Source of the DNA: a virus
Lineage: Duplodnaviria > Caudoviricetes
Length of the DNA: 37,394 bases
Virus record (IMG/VR): IMGVR_UViG_3300038314_000668
Location: 1-37,394 of that record
Strand: one strand, 5' to 3'
Made by a program: the position numbers and the translations under genes. This document shows positions 1 to 8,071 of this stretch, in pieces; positions within the stretch are counted from its first letter, which is position 1, and every line of letters starts with the position of its first letter. Under the pieces are notes generated by a model. That model had not been told where the DNA came from and ran no database searches. It worked only from the letters and a program-made list of their open reading frames with translations.

Positions 1-34
1 TAGATATCTTTTGTTTCTGAATTTCACTTATCAT
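1..34 (-). CDS. 5' end of a leftward gene (MISEIQKQKIS...), truncated by the window edge
   Basis: ATG at 34-32 on the minus strand, preceded by CTGAGAAAGGAA (51-40), the same leader motif found before the genes at 328 and 636. Confidence 0.6.
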   Translation of the reverse strand, partial: MISEIQKQKIS

Positions 35-55
35 CGCTGTTCCTTTCTCAGAATG

Positions 56-90
56 TTGTTAGTATCGGTGATCTTAGAACAGAAGTAAAG
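56..90 (-). promoter_or_regulatory. Leftward sigma70-like promoter TTTACT-N17-GATACT
   Basis: Minus strand reads cTTTACT-17 nt-GATACT-AACAA, the same layout as the rightward promoter at 252-286. Confidence 0.6.
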
Positions 91-199
91 TGTTATAGAG
101 GAATATTTCACGAAAAAAAATTCATCGAAAAAAATGGGAATTTGCGGCATCCGGCATCGCAACGTCGTTTTATTAAACAAAAACAATGTGTTATCGCAG

Positions 200-245
200 G
201 TTCCGGTGTTTTTAGGTTACGGAATTAAGTTCCGAACACCGGAAC
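200..245. repeat. Nested inverted repeat in the divergent intergenic region
   Basis: GTTCCGGTGTT (200-210) / AACACCGGAAC (235-245), a perfect 11-bp IR enclosing CGGAA/TTCCG (220-234). Confidence 0.8.
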
Positions 246-251
246 TTTTCG

Positions 252-286
252 CTTTACTTTACTGTAAATATAAGAGATAATAACAA
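252..286 (+). promoter_or_regulatory. Rightward sigma70-like promoter TTTACT-N17-GATAAT
   Basis: TTTACT 253-258, 17-nt spacer, GATAAT 276-281, then AACAA; followed by hairpin GTCAGG/CCTGAC (288-304) and an RBS. Confidence 0.65.
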
Positions 287-327
287 TGTCAGGGAGGTCC
301 TGACGAACTGAGAAAGGAAATTTTGAA

Positions 328-591
328 ATGCAGAGAAATATAGCTCTCGTCGGTGACATCGTTCGTTCTTACGACTTTCAACCAATGCCTGATCGTGGTG
401 AAAGCTACATAGAGGGTATCGTGATCAGCAAGACTGATTATTCATACACCATTGCAGTTCAGAAGCGATTGTTCGCTGGCGAAGTTGAAATGGTTGCAGT
501 TGGTGAGACCGTAGAGACCCCATTCAAAATATTTTTTGGTGATTGGGAAGGCAGAATTGCAAATCTTTCGCCGCATGGTGTCGCAGCTTAA
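328..591 (+). CDS. Hypothetical early protein (87 aa)
   Basis: ORF with AGAAAGGA RBS at 311-318, directly downstream of the promoter. Confidence 0.8.
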   Translation: MQRNIALVGDIVRSYDFQPMPDRGESYIEGIVISKTDYSYTIAVQKRLFAGEVEMVAVGETVETPFKIFFGDWEGRIANLSPHGVAA

Positions 592-635
592 AGGCATCAA
601 AGCAGATCCCAATATTATCTGAGAAAGGAAAAGAG

Positions 636-1472
636 ATGAAGAAATTTGATGTTAAGCAAGATATTTCCGACCGAATCATAAAGCGATTTGAGGATGTTGG
701 TGAATTTGAGATGCCGTTCAAAACTTTTGGAGCACAGAACTTCAAGAGCCATCGCCATTACCGAGGAATTAATGTTTTGTTGTTGGCGATGTCTGGCTAC
801 TCATCTCCATATTGGGGCACGCCAAAGCAATGGATTGAAGCTGGCGCGGATATCTCCGGGGCAAAATGCACTCGGATTGTTTTCTGGAATGTCAAAAAAA
901 TTGAAAGTTATGATTCTGATCAGGATAAAACTGTCGCTTTCGCAAAATACTATAATGTCCTAAATTCAGAACAGGTCACTGGTTGGGAGGCTCCTGTTTT
1001 CGAACACAAGGATGAAACCGAGATTGTTGATAAGGCTGATTCCTTTTTTGCAAATCTTGGTGTGCCGACAAAAATAGTCAGTGGTCGTGCTTGTTATTCT
1101 ATTTCTGAAGATGAAATTAGCATCCCGCCACGTATTGAATTCAATTCAACCAAAACTTCCACAGCCACAGAGACTTATTATTCCACGTTGGCTCATGAGA
1201 ATGTTCATGCCACAATGCACAAATCTCGTTGCGATAGGAAAATGAAGGTTTATGCTGGTGAAGAGCTGGTTGCTGAAATTGGTGCTGCTGTTCTTTGTGA
1301 GCAGCTAGGGGTCAGTTCTGAGATGCGTGATGATCATGTGTCCTATATAAAGGGATGGCTCGAGGCTCTGCGCAATGATAAGCAGTTTATCTTTACGGCT
1401 GCAAGCAACGCTCAAGAGGCAGTTGACTGGATGAATTCCCAAGCAGAAGAAATTGCTTTACTTTCCGCCTGA
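636..1472 (+). CDS. ardC: ArdC-like antirestriction protein (ssDNA-binding domain plus zincin-like metallopeptidase domain)
   Basis: Motifs YRGINVLLL, WGTPKQW, YYSTLAHENVH (HExxH), YAGEELVAEIGAA, HVSYIKGWL; start moved from 543 to ATG 636, which follows CTGAGAAAGGAA (619-630). Confidence 0.88.
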   Translation: MKKFDVKQDISDRIIKRFEDVGEFEMPFKTFGAQNFKSHRHYRGINVLLLAMSGYSSPYWGTPKQWIEAGADISGAKCTRIVFWNVKKIESYDSDQDKTVAFAKYYNVLNSEQVTGWEAPVFEHKDETEIVDKADSFFANLGVPTKIVSGRACYSISEDEISIPPRIEFNSTKTSTATETYYSTLAHENVHATMHKSRCDRKMKVYAGEELVAEIGAAVLCEQLGVSSEMRDDHVSYIKGWLEALRNDKQFIFTAASNAQEAVDWMNSQAEEIALLSA

Positions 1473-1525
1473 TCCCGGTAATACTTCTTGTCTATTTCAC
1501 GGCGCGACACCTCCCTGTTAAAACT

Positions 1526-1559
1526 AGAACCCCAGATTAATTTTTGGGGTTTCTTTTTT
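1526..1559 (+). terminator. Rho-independent terminator ending the early operon
   Basis: AACCCCA/TGGGGTT stem followed by TCTTTTTT. Confidence 0.75.
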
Positions 1560-1626
1560 GATAATTTTCAAATAACCTTATCGCTATGTAATTGTTATAT
1601 GACAATGGTTTGTAGAGAGATTTACA

Positions 1627-2235
1627 TTGCCAGAGACAACTAAAAAGAAACGTGGTCGGCCACGCAAGAAGCCTGAGCCAAAGGTGCAGGTGCAGAGGCC
1701 TATTGATGATAGCCCACACAACTCTCATCTGAAGTGGGATGGCAAGGTTAGTGAGGATGTGAAATTCGATGGTCGGTTTAGCTCTGTTGAGCCACTGAAG
1801 ACGCAGCAGCCCGGTCGCAAGAAGCCATACAAATGGAACCATCGTGCTTTACAAAATTGGATCATGGGTCAGGCTGATCCGGCCGGATTTCTATCGTCTG
1901 TTATGCTTGGCAAAGAGATCTTCCCGGTTTACGCACAGGATGAAGAGGGCAATGTTAGGCATGTTGGTAAAATATCTGCTGATCCGGAACTGCGAATATC
2001 AGCTGCAAAAACGCTATTAGCCAAGTGTGTCCCTGATTTGAAGGCAGTTGAAATAAACCAAACAATTGAAGAGCGTAAAATTATTGACATCAGCGCATTG
2101 AGTGATAATGACCTCACCACAATTGAGCGAGTTCTTGAACACGCTGTCATTGACGGAGATTCGAGCGGAGAAGATGCGCAGATCTCTAAAACAGTTCATT
2201 CAGGAATCTTGGCAGATAATCGAGCCGGGACGTAA
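1627..2235 (+). CDS. terS: Terminase small subunit (putative)
   Basis: Immediately upstream of and overlapping terL; N-terminal KKRGRPRK (AT-hook-like), RISAAKTLLAKCVPDLKAVEI and ISALSDNDL motifs; TTG start uncertain. Confidence 0.7.
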   Translation: MPETTKKKRGRPRKKPEPKVQVQRPIDDSPHNSHLKWDGKVSEDVKFDGRFSSVEPLKTQQPGRKKPYKWNHRALQNWIMGQADPAGFLSSVMLGKEIFPVYAQDEEGNVRHVGKISADPELRISAAKTLLAKCVPDLKAVEINQTIEERKIIDISALSDNDLTTIERVLEHAVIDGDSSGEDAQISKTVHSGILADNRAGT

Positions 2236-3616
2236 TTTTTACGACAACTGGCATATTGACGCTATTTGTGAATATCTTGAAGCAGTGGCTGATGGTGATG
2301 TTCGTCGCCTGATAATCAACATTCCTCCGAGGCACATGAAAAGCATCACATCCTCGGTTGCTTTGCCAGCTTGGCTGTGGACGCGCGATCCCCGGAAAAG
2401 ATTCCTGTTTGCATCGTACGCAAATTCCCTGTCAATAAGGGATTCGGTTAAATGCCGGAGGCTAATTGATTCGCCTTGGTATCAAAACCATTTTGGAGAG
2501 TCGTTCCGCCTAACAACTGATCAAAATCAAAAGCAGCGATTTGATAATGACAAGACAGGTTATCGTATAGCGACATCAGTTGATGGTGCGTTGACTGGTG
2601 AAGGTGGTGATATTATCGTTATAGATGACCCACACAACGTCAGAGAGGCTGAGTCTTCAACTGTTCGTGAGGGTGTGCTTGAGTGGTGGGATCAAGCTAT
2701 GCAAACACGCCTGAATGACCCGAAAACTGGTGCTTTTGTTATAATTATGCAGCGTGTTCATGAGGTTGATTTGACTGGCCATATCTTGGCCAATGATCTT
2801 GATGGAGATTGGCACCATTTATGCTTGCCAGCACGTTATGAGCCAGACCACCCATCAATCTTGACTGGCACTGGTCAAGGGATTGATCCTCGTAAACAGC
2901 GTGGTGAACTACTTTGGCCAGAGAGAATTGACGAAAATACCTTGTCAAGTCTTGAGAGATCACTTGGAGAGTATGCAGCAGCAGGTCAGCTTCAGCAAAG
3001 GCCAATGCCTCGTGGTGGCACAATTCTAAAGACAAAATGGTGGAGCGAATGGGATTCCGATAAGCTGCCAGATGTAGAATATGTTCTCCAGTCATGGGAC
3101 ACAGCTTATTCAGAGAAAGAACGATCAAGTTATTCAGCTCGTACAACATGGGGTGTTTTCAGCAAGGACAATGCTTGGAATGCTATTGTTATTGATTGTT
3201 GGTACGATAGGGTTAGTTATCCTGATTTGAGGCGAGAGGCACAGGATGCTTATCAGGAGTATGAACCTGATGCTGTGCTCATTGAAAAGAAAGCCAGTGG
3301 CCAAAGTTTGATACAGGATTTGCGCATGGCAGGCATTCCTGTGCTAGAATATATGCCCGACAGAGACAAAGAAGCACGTGCTCATGCAGCATCAGCTTTG
3401 CTCGAGGATGGAAGAATTTGGTTTCCTTCAAACAAAAAATGGGCTAAAGATCTAATAAGCATATGCGCAGCCTTTCCAACTGGGGAGAATGACGATATAG
3501 TTGACACATGTACTCAGGCTTGGTTGAGGTTGAGAAAAGGATGGTTCTTGACGCACTCTGAAGACTGGGAGGATGAGCAGGAGCCACCTAAGCAGAAGGC
3601 AGTTTTATATGGCTAG
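2108..3616 (+). CDS. terL: Terminase large subunit
   Basis: INIPPRHMKS (Walker A), IIVIDDPH (Walker B), IIMQR, QQRP, SWDTA and NDDIVD nuclease motifs. Confidence 0.95.
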   Translation: MTSPQLSEFLNTLSLTEIRAEKMRRSLKQFIQESWQIIEPGRNFYDNWHIDAICEYLEAVADGDVRRLIINIPPRHMKSITSSVALPAWLWTRDPRKRFLFASYANSLSIRDSVKCRRLIDSPWYQNHFGESFRLTTDQNQKQRFDNDKTGYRIATSVDGALTGEGGDIIVIDDPHNVREAESSTVREGVLEWWDQAMQTRLNDPKTGAFVIIMQRVHEVDLTGHILANDLDGDWHHLCLPARYEPDHPSILTGTGQGIDPRKQRGELLWPERIDENTLSSLERSLGEYAAAGQLQQRPMPRGGTILKTKWWSEWDSDKLPDVEYVLQSWDTAYSEKERSSYSARTTWGVFSKDNAWNAIVIDCWYDRVSYPDLRREAQDAYQEYEPDAVLIEKKASGQSLIQDLRMAGIPVLEYMPDRDKEARAHAASALLEDGRIWFPSNKKWAKDLISICAAFPTGENDDIVDTCTQAWLRLRKGWFLTHSEDWEDEQEPPKQKAVLYG

Positions 3617-6137
3617 CAGAGACCCAATGACAGTTATTCCTTTCTCTGAAGGGATGCCGGATGACGCTTTGGAAGTTGAAGAATTGCCAGACGGCAATGT
3701 TCTTGTTGGCGCACCAGAGCCAGATGATGATGAGCAGGACAGTCGCTTTGATGAGAATCTGGTAGAGCAAATAAACATAAGAGAATTAAAAAGCGCAGCC
3801 TCTGAGCTGATAAGTTTCTTTGAGTCAGACAAAGCTGGGCGAGCTGAGTGGGACTTGCGCTATAAAGATGGCCTCAAAACATTAGACATAGATGGCAATC
3901 TTGTTGATGATGACGAGGACCGAGCGGTCCGGGGACTGAGTCAAGTTGTTCACCCAATGATTGCCGAGGCAGCAACGCAGTTTCAAGCACGCGCAATCGC
4001 AGAGTTGTTCCCACCGGGAGGACCAGTCCGCACAGTTATAATTGGCGAAACAACTGAAGATCTTGAAGAGCAGGCAACTCGTGTCAAGGAATACATGAAT
4101 TACCAAATCACAGAAAATATGCCCGAGTTCTTCCCTGATTTGGACAAAATGCTCTTCCACTTGCCATTGGTTGGCCAGACTTTCAAAAAGGTTTGGTATG
4201 ACCCAACGATGGAGAGGCTGACGGCACGTTTTGTTCAGGCAGAAGACTTTGTCGTTTCACCGGATAGCACAGATCTCAAGACATCACCACGCTATACCCA
4301 GATAATAAAGCTGTCTCGGAATGACTATAATAGATTCGTTCGTGCTGGTTATTATGAGCCTCTTGATGCAAGAACAGGTGGCACTGAAGATAGCGACCAA
4401 AACACTGTTGAGAGTATTGAGGGAATTTCGTCGTATGATGCTGACAGGGATGATGGCACAGTTGTCCTCCTTGAGATGCATACTTATTATATGTTTGACG
4501 GAATTGATGGTGCTGATTCCTCAGATGACAATGCAGTTGCGTTGCCTTATGTTCTCACAATTGACCAAGAAACGGAAACCATTGTTTCAATTCGCCGTAA
4601 TTGGCATGAGGACGATGAGCGTCAAGAAAAGCGTGATTGGTTTGTTGAGTATAAATTCCTTCCAGGACTTGGTTTCTATGGCTTTGGCCTTTACCACATA
4701 ATTGGTGGCCTTGGCAAAGTTGCAACAGGAACATTGCGTGCTCTCCTAGATTCTGCTGCTTTCTCTAATATGCAAGGTGGCTTTAAATTAAAAGGCAGAA
4801 TTCCCGGTGGCGAAATGGACATCGCTCCTGGAGAATTTATAGATCTTGATGCAACGGTTGACGATGTTAAGAAGGCAGTCATGCCGTTGCCATTCAAAGA
4901 GCCATCAGGAACTTTGTTCCAGTTGCTTGGCTTTATTGTTGATGCCGGACAACGGTTTGCTGCCACGGCAGATTTGAATGTTGGAGATGCTAACAATACT
5001 GCCCCTGTTGGCACAACAATTGCTTTGATTGAGCAAGGATCAAAGATCTTTAGCGCGATTCACAAAAGGCTTCACAATGCCCAAGGCTTAGAATTCAGAT
5101 TGATGATTGAACTGAATTCGCTGCATCTTGATGAAGAAATAGAATTTTCTGTTGCTGGCGTTTCAAGTGTTGTCAGAAGAGAAGACTTTGACGATAGAAT
5201 TGACGTTATTCCAGTTTCAGATCCTAATGTATTTAGCTCAACGCAGCGAATTGCTCAGGCTCAAGCTATTTTGCAAATGGCTAATTCGGCACCACAGCTG
5301 CACGATATGCATGAGGCATACAAACGAATGTATCAAGCCATTCGTGTTCAAAACATTGATGAAATTCTTATTGAGCCAGCAGAAGCAGCCCAAATTGATC
5401 CGGTTGACGAGAACATGGCAGTTCTCCTTGGCAAGCCAATCAAAGCATTTATTGAGCAGAACCATGAGGCCCATATTGCCGTTCACATCCAGTTCATGAA
5501 TGATCCTTCATTGGCAGGAAATCCCGCAGCCCAGCAGTCACTCGGCCCAGTTTTGATTGCCCATATTGCGGAACACGTTGCCTTGCTTTATCGCTTGCGA
5601 ATGGAGAAGGCCATGGGCATTGATATGCCTCAGTTGCCTGATATGAGAGATCCTAAATTTAAATTCGACGACATGCCCCCGGAAATGGATAATGCTATTG
5701 CCCAGCGAGCAGCTCAAATTGTTCAGCAATCTCCGCAAATGAAACCAATCCCAGGATTGTCAGATATTGGTGGCCAGCAGCAAGGTGCTCAAGATCCGTT
5801 AGAATACGCCAAACAACTCGCGCAACTTGAGGCTGAGGCTCTTAAAGCTCGCACTGAGGCAGAAATTCAATCTGATCAGGCCAAGGCACAATCCGACATG
5901 GCTATTGATCAGGCCAAGGCACAGCAGCAACTTCAAGCACAGATGATGAAAGTTCAAGCAGATCTTGAAGCTAAGATTGCTAAATTGCAAGCAGACATTG
6001 AACTTGCGCAACAGAAAGCTGTAATTGACGCACAGATCGAGGAAGTGAAAATTGATGCCGAGATTCAGCGAGATGCTGAAAAGACAAGCGCAGAAATTCA
6101 GCGTGAAAATATCAAAACACAAGGAGATATTCTTTAA
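3609..6137 (+). CDS. Portal protein
   Basis: Follows terL; HPMIAEAATQFQARA, FKKVWYD, FLPGLGFYGFG, PVGTTIALIE, SAIHKRLH, DVIPVSDPN motifs and a long Q/A coiled-coil C-terminus; ATG 3609 preferred over 3573. Confidence 0.9.
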   Translation: MASRDPMTVIPFSEGMPDDALEVEELPDGNVLVGAPEPDDDEQDSRFDENLVEQINIRELKSAASELISFFESDKAGRAEWDLRYKDGLKTLDIDGNLVDDDEDRAVRGLSQVVHPMIAEAATQFQARAIAELFPPGGPVRTVIIGETTEDLEEQATRVKEYMNYQITENMPEFFPDLDKMLFHLPLVGQTFKKVWYDPTMERLTARFVQAEDFVVSPDSTDLKTSPRYTQIIKLSRNDYNRFVRAGYYEPLDARTGGTEDSDQNTVESIEGISSYDADRDDGTVVLLEMHTYYMFDGIDGADSSDDNAVALPYVLTIDQETETIVSIRRNWHEDDERQEKRDWFVEYKFLPGLGFYGFGLYHIIGGLGKVATGTLRALLDSAAFSNMQGGFKLKGRIPGGEMDIAPGEFIDLDATVDDVKKAVMPLPFKEPSGTLFQLLGFIVDAGQRFAATADLNVGDANNTAPVGTTIALIEQGSKIFSAIHKRLHNAQGLEFRLMIELNSLHLDEEIEFSVAGVSSVVRREDFDDRIDVIPVSDPNVFSSTQRIAQAQAILQMANSAPQLHDMHEAYKRMYQAIRVQNIDEILIEPAEAAQIDPVDENMAVLLGKPIKAFIEQNHEAHIAVHIQFMNDPSLAGNPAAQQSLGPVLIAHIAEHVALLYRLRMEKAMGIDMPQLPDMRDPKFKFDDMPPEMDNAIAQRAAQIVQQSPQMKPIPGLSDIGGQQQGAQDPLEYAKQLAQLEAEALKARTEAEIQSDQAKAQSDMAIDQAKAQQQLQAQMMKVQADLEAKIAKLQADIELAQQKAVIDAQIEEVKIDAEIQRDAEKTSAEIQRENIKTQGDIL

Positions 6138-6661
6138 TGGCTAATGAATTTCAAAATTATATTGACTCTTTTAATTTGCCACCAGGATCTCCAACGGTAA
6201 ATGCAGGTCGTAGTGGTGAATTGAAGCAGCGTGCTTATCAAAAATATATTGATGCGCTTGGTCGTTTAAGAGTTGCCGAGGGGCAAACAAAAGGTCCGCC
6301 AATTAATATTGGTGCCACGCCAACAGGAGCCAGTCGTGGCGTTCCTGAGTTTAGTGCGGCAACCACAGCACTTAATGATTACCGATTGCAAGAGTTGATG
6401 AACTCTGTTCGAACTCGTGCCATGTCTCCACGAGAGGCTGCAACAATAGCAACGCAATTAGGTATAGGACCTGCTGGTTCAGGGTCAATTTCCGATGCCG
6501 ATGCATTTGTGCAAATGATACCAGCAGTTGAAGGCAATGTATTGGTTGAGCCAGCAGAGTCAAAGATGAGGGCATATCAATCAGCAACGGGATTGGTACC
6601 ATCACCAAATTTGATGGGTTTCTTCAAGAGTCTCTTTCGTAAACAATCTGGAGGACAATGA
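6137..6661 (+). CDS. Hypothetical protein (174 aa) sharing a peptide with the ejection-like protein at 31043
   Basis: TAATG-coupled to portal; contains ADAFVQMIP, also present in 31043-33019. Confidence 0.75.
   Translation: MANEFQNYIDSFNLPPGSPTVNAGRSGELKQRAYQKYIDALGRLRVAEGQTKGPPINIGATPTGASRGVPEFSAATTALNDYRLQELMNSVRTRAMSPREAATIATQLGIGPAGSGSISDADAFVQMIPAVEGNVLVEPAESKMRAYQSATGLVPSPNLMGFFKSLFRKQSGGQ
6500..6523 (+). repeat. 24-bp exact direct repeat, copy 1
   Basis: GATGCATTTGTGCAAATGATACCA, identical to 32273-32296. Confidence 0.9.
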
Positions 6662-6662
6662 T

Positions 6663-6830
6663 ATGAATTGGATAAAATCAAGGTTGATTGAACCAACTAC
6701 ATGGTTGGCGGTTGGTATTGGAGCAGTTGTGCTTTCAATTATTATACCTCAGGCATCGCTGACATTTCTTGTGATTGCAGCAGTTACTGTCGGTGCTGGC
6801 GTCTTCATGAAGGAAAAGGGCAATGGCTGA
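6663..6830 (+). CDS. Small two-TM membrane protein, holin-like (55 aa; not in ORF track)
   Basis: MNWIKSRLIEPTTWLAVGIGAVVLSIIIPQASLTFLVIAAVTVGAGVFMKEKGNG; GGAGGA upstream; two hydrophobic stretches and a charged tail. Confidence 0.75.
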   Translation: MNWIKSRLIEPTTWLAVGIGAVVLSIIIPQASLTFLVIAAVTVGAGVFMKEKGNG

Positions 6831-7056
6831 TGCGGTAGACATGAAGGCAATGTTTAAGGCTAAGATGGGCTTTTCTTCCGAGGATGTTCCTTTGGATGAT
6901 GAACAGCTTGAAAATTTCTTAATGCTTTGCCACCAGTCAATGCTCGGAATTTCTGATGACGATGGCGAAGAAAATGAAGTCAAAGTCAAAGTCATGAAAA
7001 TTCATGATGGCAATGTTCACGGTATGATGGATAAAATCCTCGGCAACAATTACTAA
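6823..7056 (+). CDS. Small acidic hypothetical protein (77 aa)
   Basis: ORF with AAGGA RBS, overlapping the previous gene. Confidence 0.7.
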   Translation: MADAVDMKAMFKAKMGFSSEDVPLDDEQLENFLMLCHQSMLGISDDDGEENEVKVKVMKIHDGNVHGMMDKILGNNY

Positions 7057-7068
7057 AAGGAGTTGCAA

Positions 7069-7164
7069 ATGCCCTATGGCAAAGGAACATACGGGACGAA
7101 ACGTGGTCGTCCACCCAAGCAAAAGAAGAAGGTCGTTAAGAAAATCAAAAAGCGACGCAAGTAA
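7069..7164 (+). CDS. Very basic microprotein (31 aa) with AT-hook-like KRGRPPK
   Basis: MPYGKGTYGTKRGRPPKQKKKVVKKIKKRRK; AAGGAG RBS at 7057-7062. Confidence 0.75.
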   Translation: MPYGKGTYGTKRGRPPKQKKKVVKKIKKRRK

Positions 7165-7166
7165 TA

Positions 7167-7307
7167 ATGCCTGTCCGCAAGGTCAAAGGTGGATATAGAT
7201 GGGGCAGTTCTGGTAAGGTCTATAAGACCAGAGCAGCAGCTGAACGTCAAGGTCGTGCCATCTATGCATCAGGCTATAAACGAGGAAAGAAGCGTGGCAA
7301 GAGGTAA
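7167..7307 (+). CDS. Basic microprotein (46 aa)
   Basis: MPVRKVKGGYRWGSSGKVYKTRAAAERQGRAIYASGYKRGKKRGKR; fills the gap between neighbours exactly. Confidence 0.75.
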   Translation: MPVRKVKGGYRWGSSGKVYKTRAAAERQGRAIYASGYKRGKKRGKR

Positions 7308-7309
7308 CA

Positions 7310-8065
7310 ATGGCATTAACTGATGGCTATGGAAGCTATATTCCTACGAGGGTGACAGGGGCATTAGGAAATTTGACGGACGACCTCAGCATATTGGGTG
7401 AGGACGAAGCTGCAAATGATCCTGAATTAACACTTGCCTCTTTTCGCCCGGATGAGGCCCAAGCCAAACTTGGTCTTTCTAATGTTACTCCCCACAAGGG
7501 TTGGCTCTCCTCTATCAATCAAGCGATGCCAAATATTTCAGACATCCAACAAAACTTATCGTTAGCCATTCAAGATCCAGGAGCTGCTCTCGACAAGGCT
7601 TTCCAAACAGATACCTCAATAGTTCCTTGGCTTGCTTTGCCAGTTCCTAATACCACTGCGATTACTGCTCTCGCAATGCTTCAATCAAAACTTCTCCAAC
7701 AAAGGCAATTGGCTGATGTGAGAGGATTGCGAGACATGACAGCCGGGGTCCCCGGAGCTTTTGGCTACGCAGGATCTGTTGATGATCCAGACTTTCCTGG
7801 CTCCAAGACTGGCTTTACTGTTGGCCCCGGACTTTTTGGGGGAATGGTTCCAAGCTATGCTGCTCTTCCTGGAAGACTTGATGAGTATCCAGATACTGCT
7901 TGGGCTATGGTAGACGCAGCACAAGCACAAGCACAAGCACAAGCACAAGCACAAGCACAAGCAAATATTGAAGCGGCAAAAGCAGAAGTCGATGACGAAG
8001 GGGGCTATGATCCCGGCCCAGACCCGGACATGGAAGATGAAATGGAAGGTATGGAAATGGATTGA
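7310..8065 (+). CDS. Acidic hypothetical protein with N-terminal GALGNLTD tag and AQ repeat
   Basis: GAGGT RBS; VTGALGNLTDD near the N-terminus; D/E/M-rich C-terminus. Confidence 0.8.
   Translation: MALTDGYGSYIPTRVTGALGNLTDDLSILGEDEAANDPELTLASFRPDEAQAKLGLSNVTPHKGWLSSINQAMPNISDIQQNLSLAIQDPGAALDKAFQTDTSIVPWLALPVPNTTAITALAMLQSKLLQQRQLADVRGLRDMTAGVPGAFGYAGSVDDPDFPGSKTGFTVGPGLFGGMVPSYAALPGRLDEYPDTAWAMVDAAQAQAQAQAQAQAQANIEAAKAEVDDEGGYDPGPDPDMEDEMEGMEMD
7919..7963 (+). repeat. (GCACAA)x7 perfect tandem repeat encoding poly-AQ
   Basis: Seven identical hexamers plus GCA. Confidence 0.95.
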
Positions 8066-8071
8066 TGTGTG

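Noticed and set aside
543-635. N-terminal extension of the ArdC ORF given in the track
   Set aside because: Overlaps the upstream gene and lacks an RBS; ATG 636 follows the conserved CTGAGAAAGGAA leader
1492-1517. Minus-strand GGGAGGTG followed by a GTG-AAA-TAG minigene
   Set aside because: Two-codon ORF with no supporting promoter; the + strand anti-SD reading is reported instead
2108-2235. 128-nt terS/terL overlap as a programmed frameshift
   Set aside because: No clear slippery heptamer seen; overlapping terminase genes are common
5874-5923. 17-bp direct repeat GATCAGGCCAAGGCACA in portal
   Set aside because: Explained by the repetitive DQAKAQ coiled-coil tail
6495-6533. Repeat pair with 32268-32306 as a diversity-generating retroelement TR/VR
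   Set aside because: Too short, mismatches are not confined to adenines, and no reverse transcriptase is in the window
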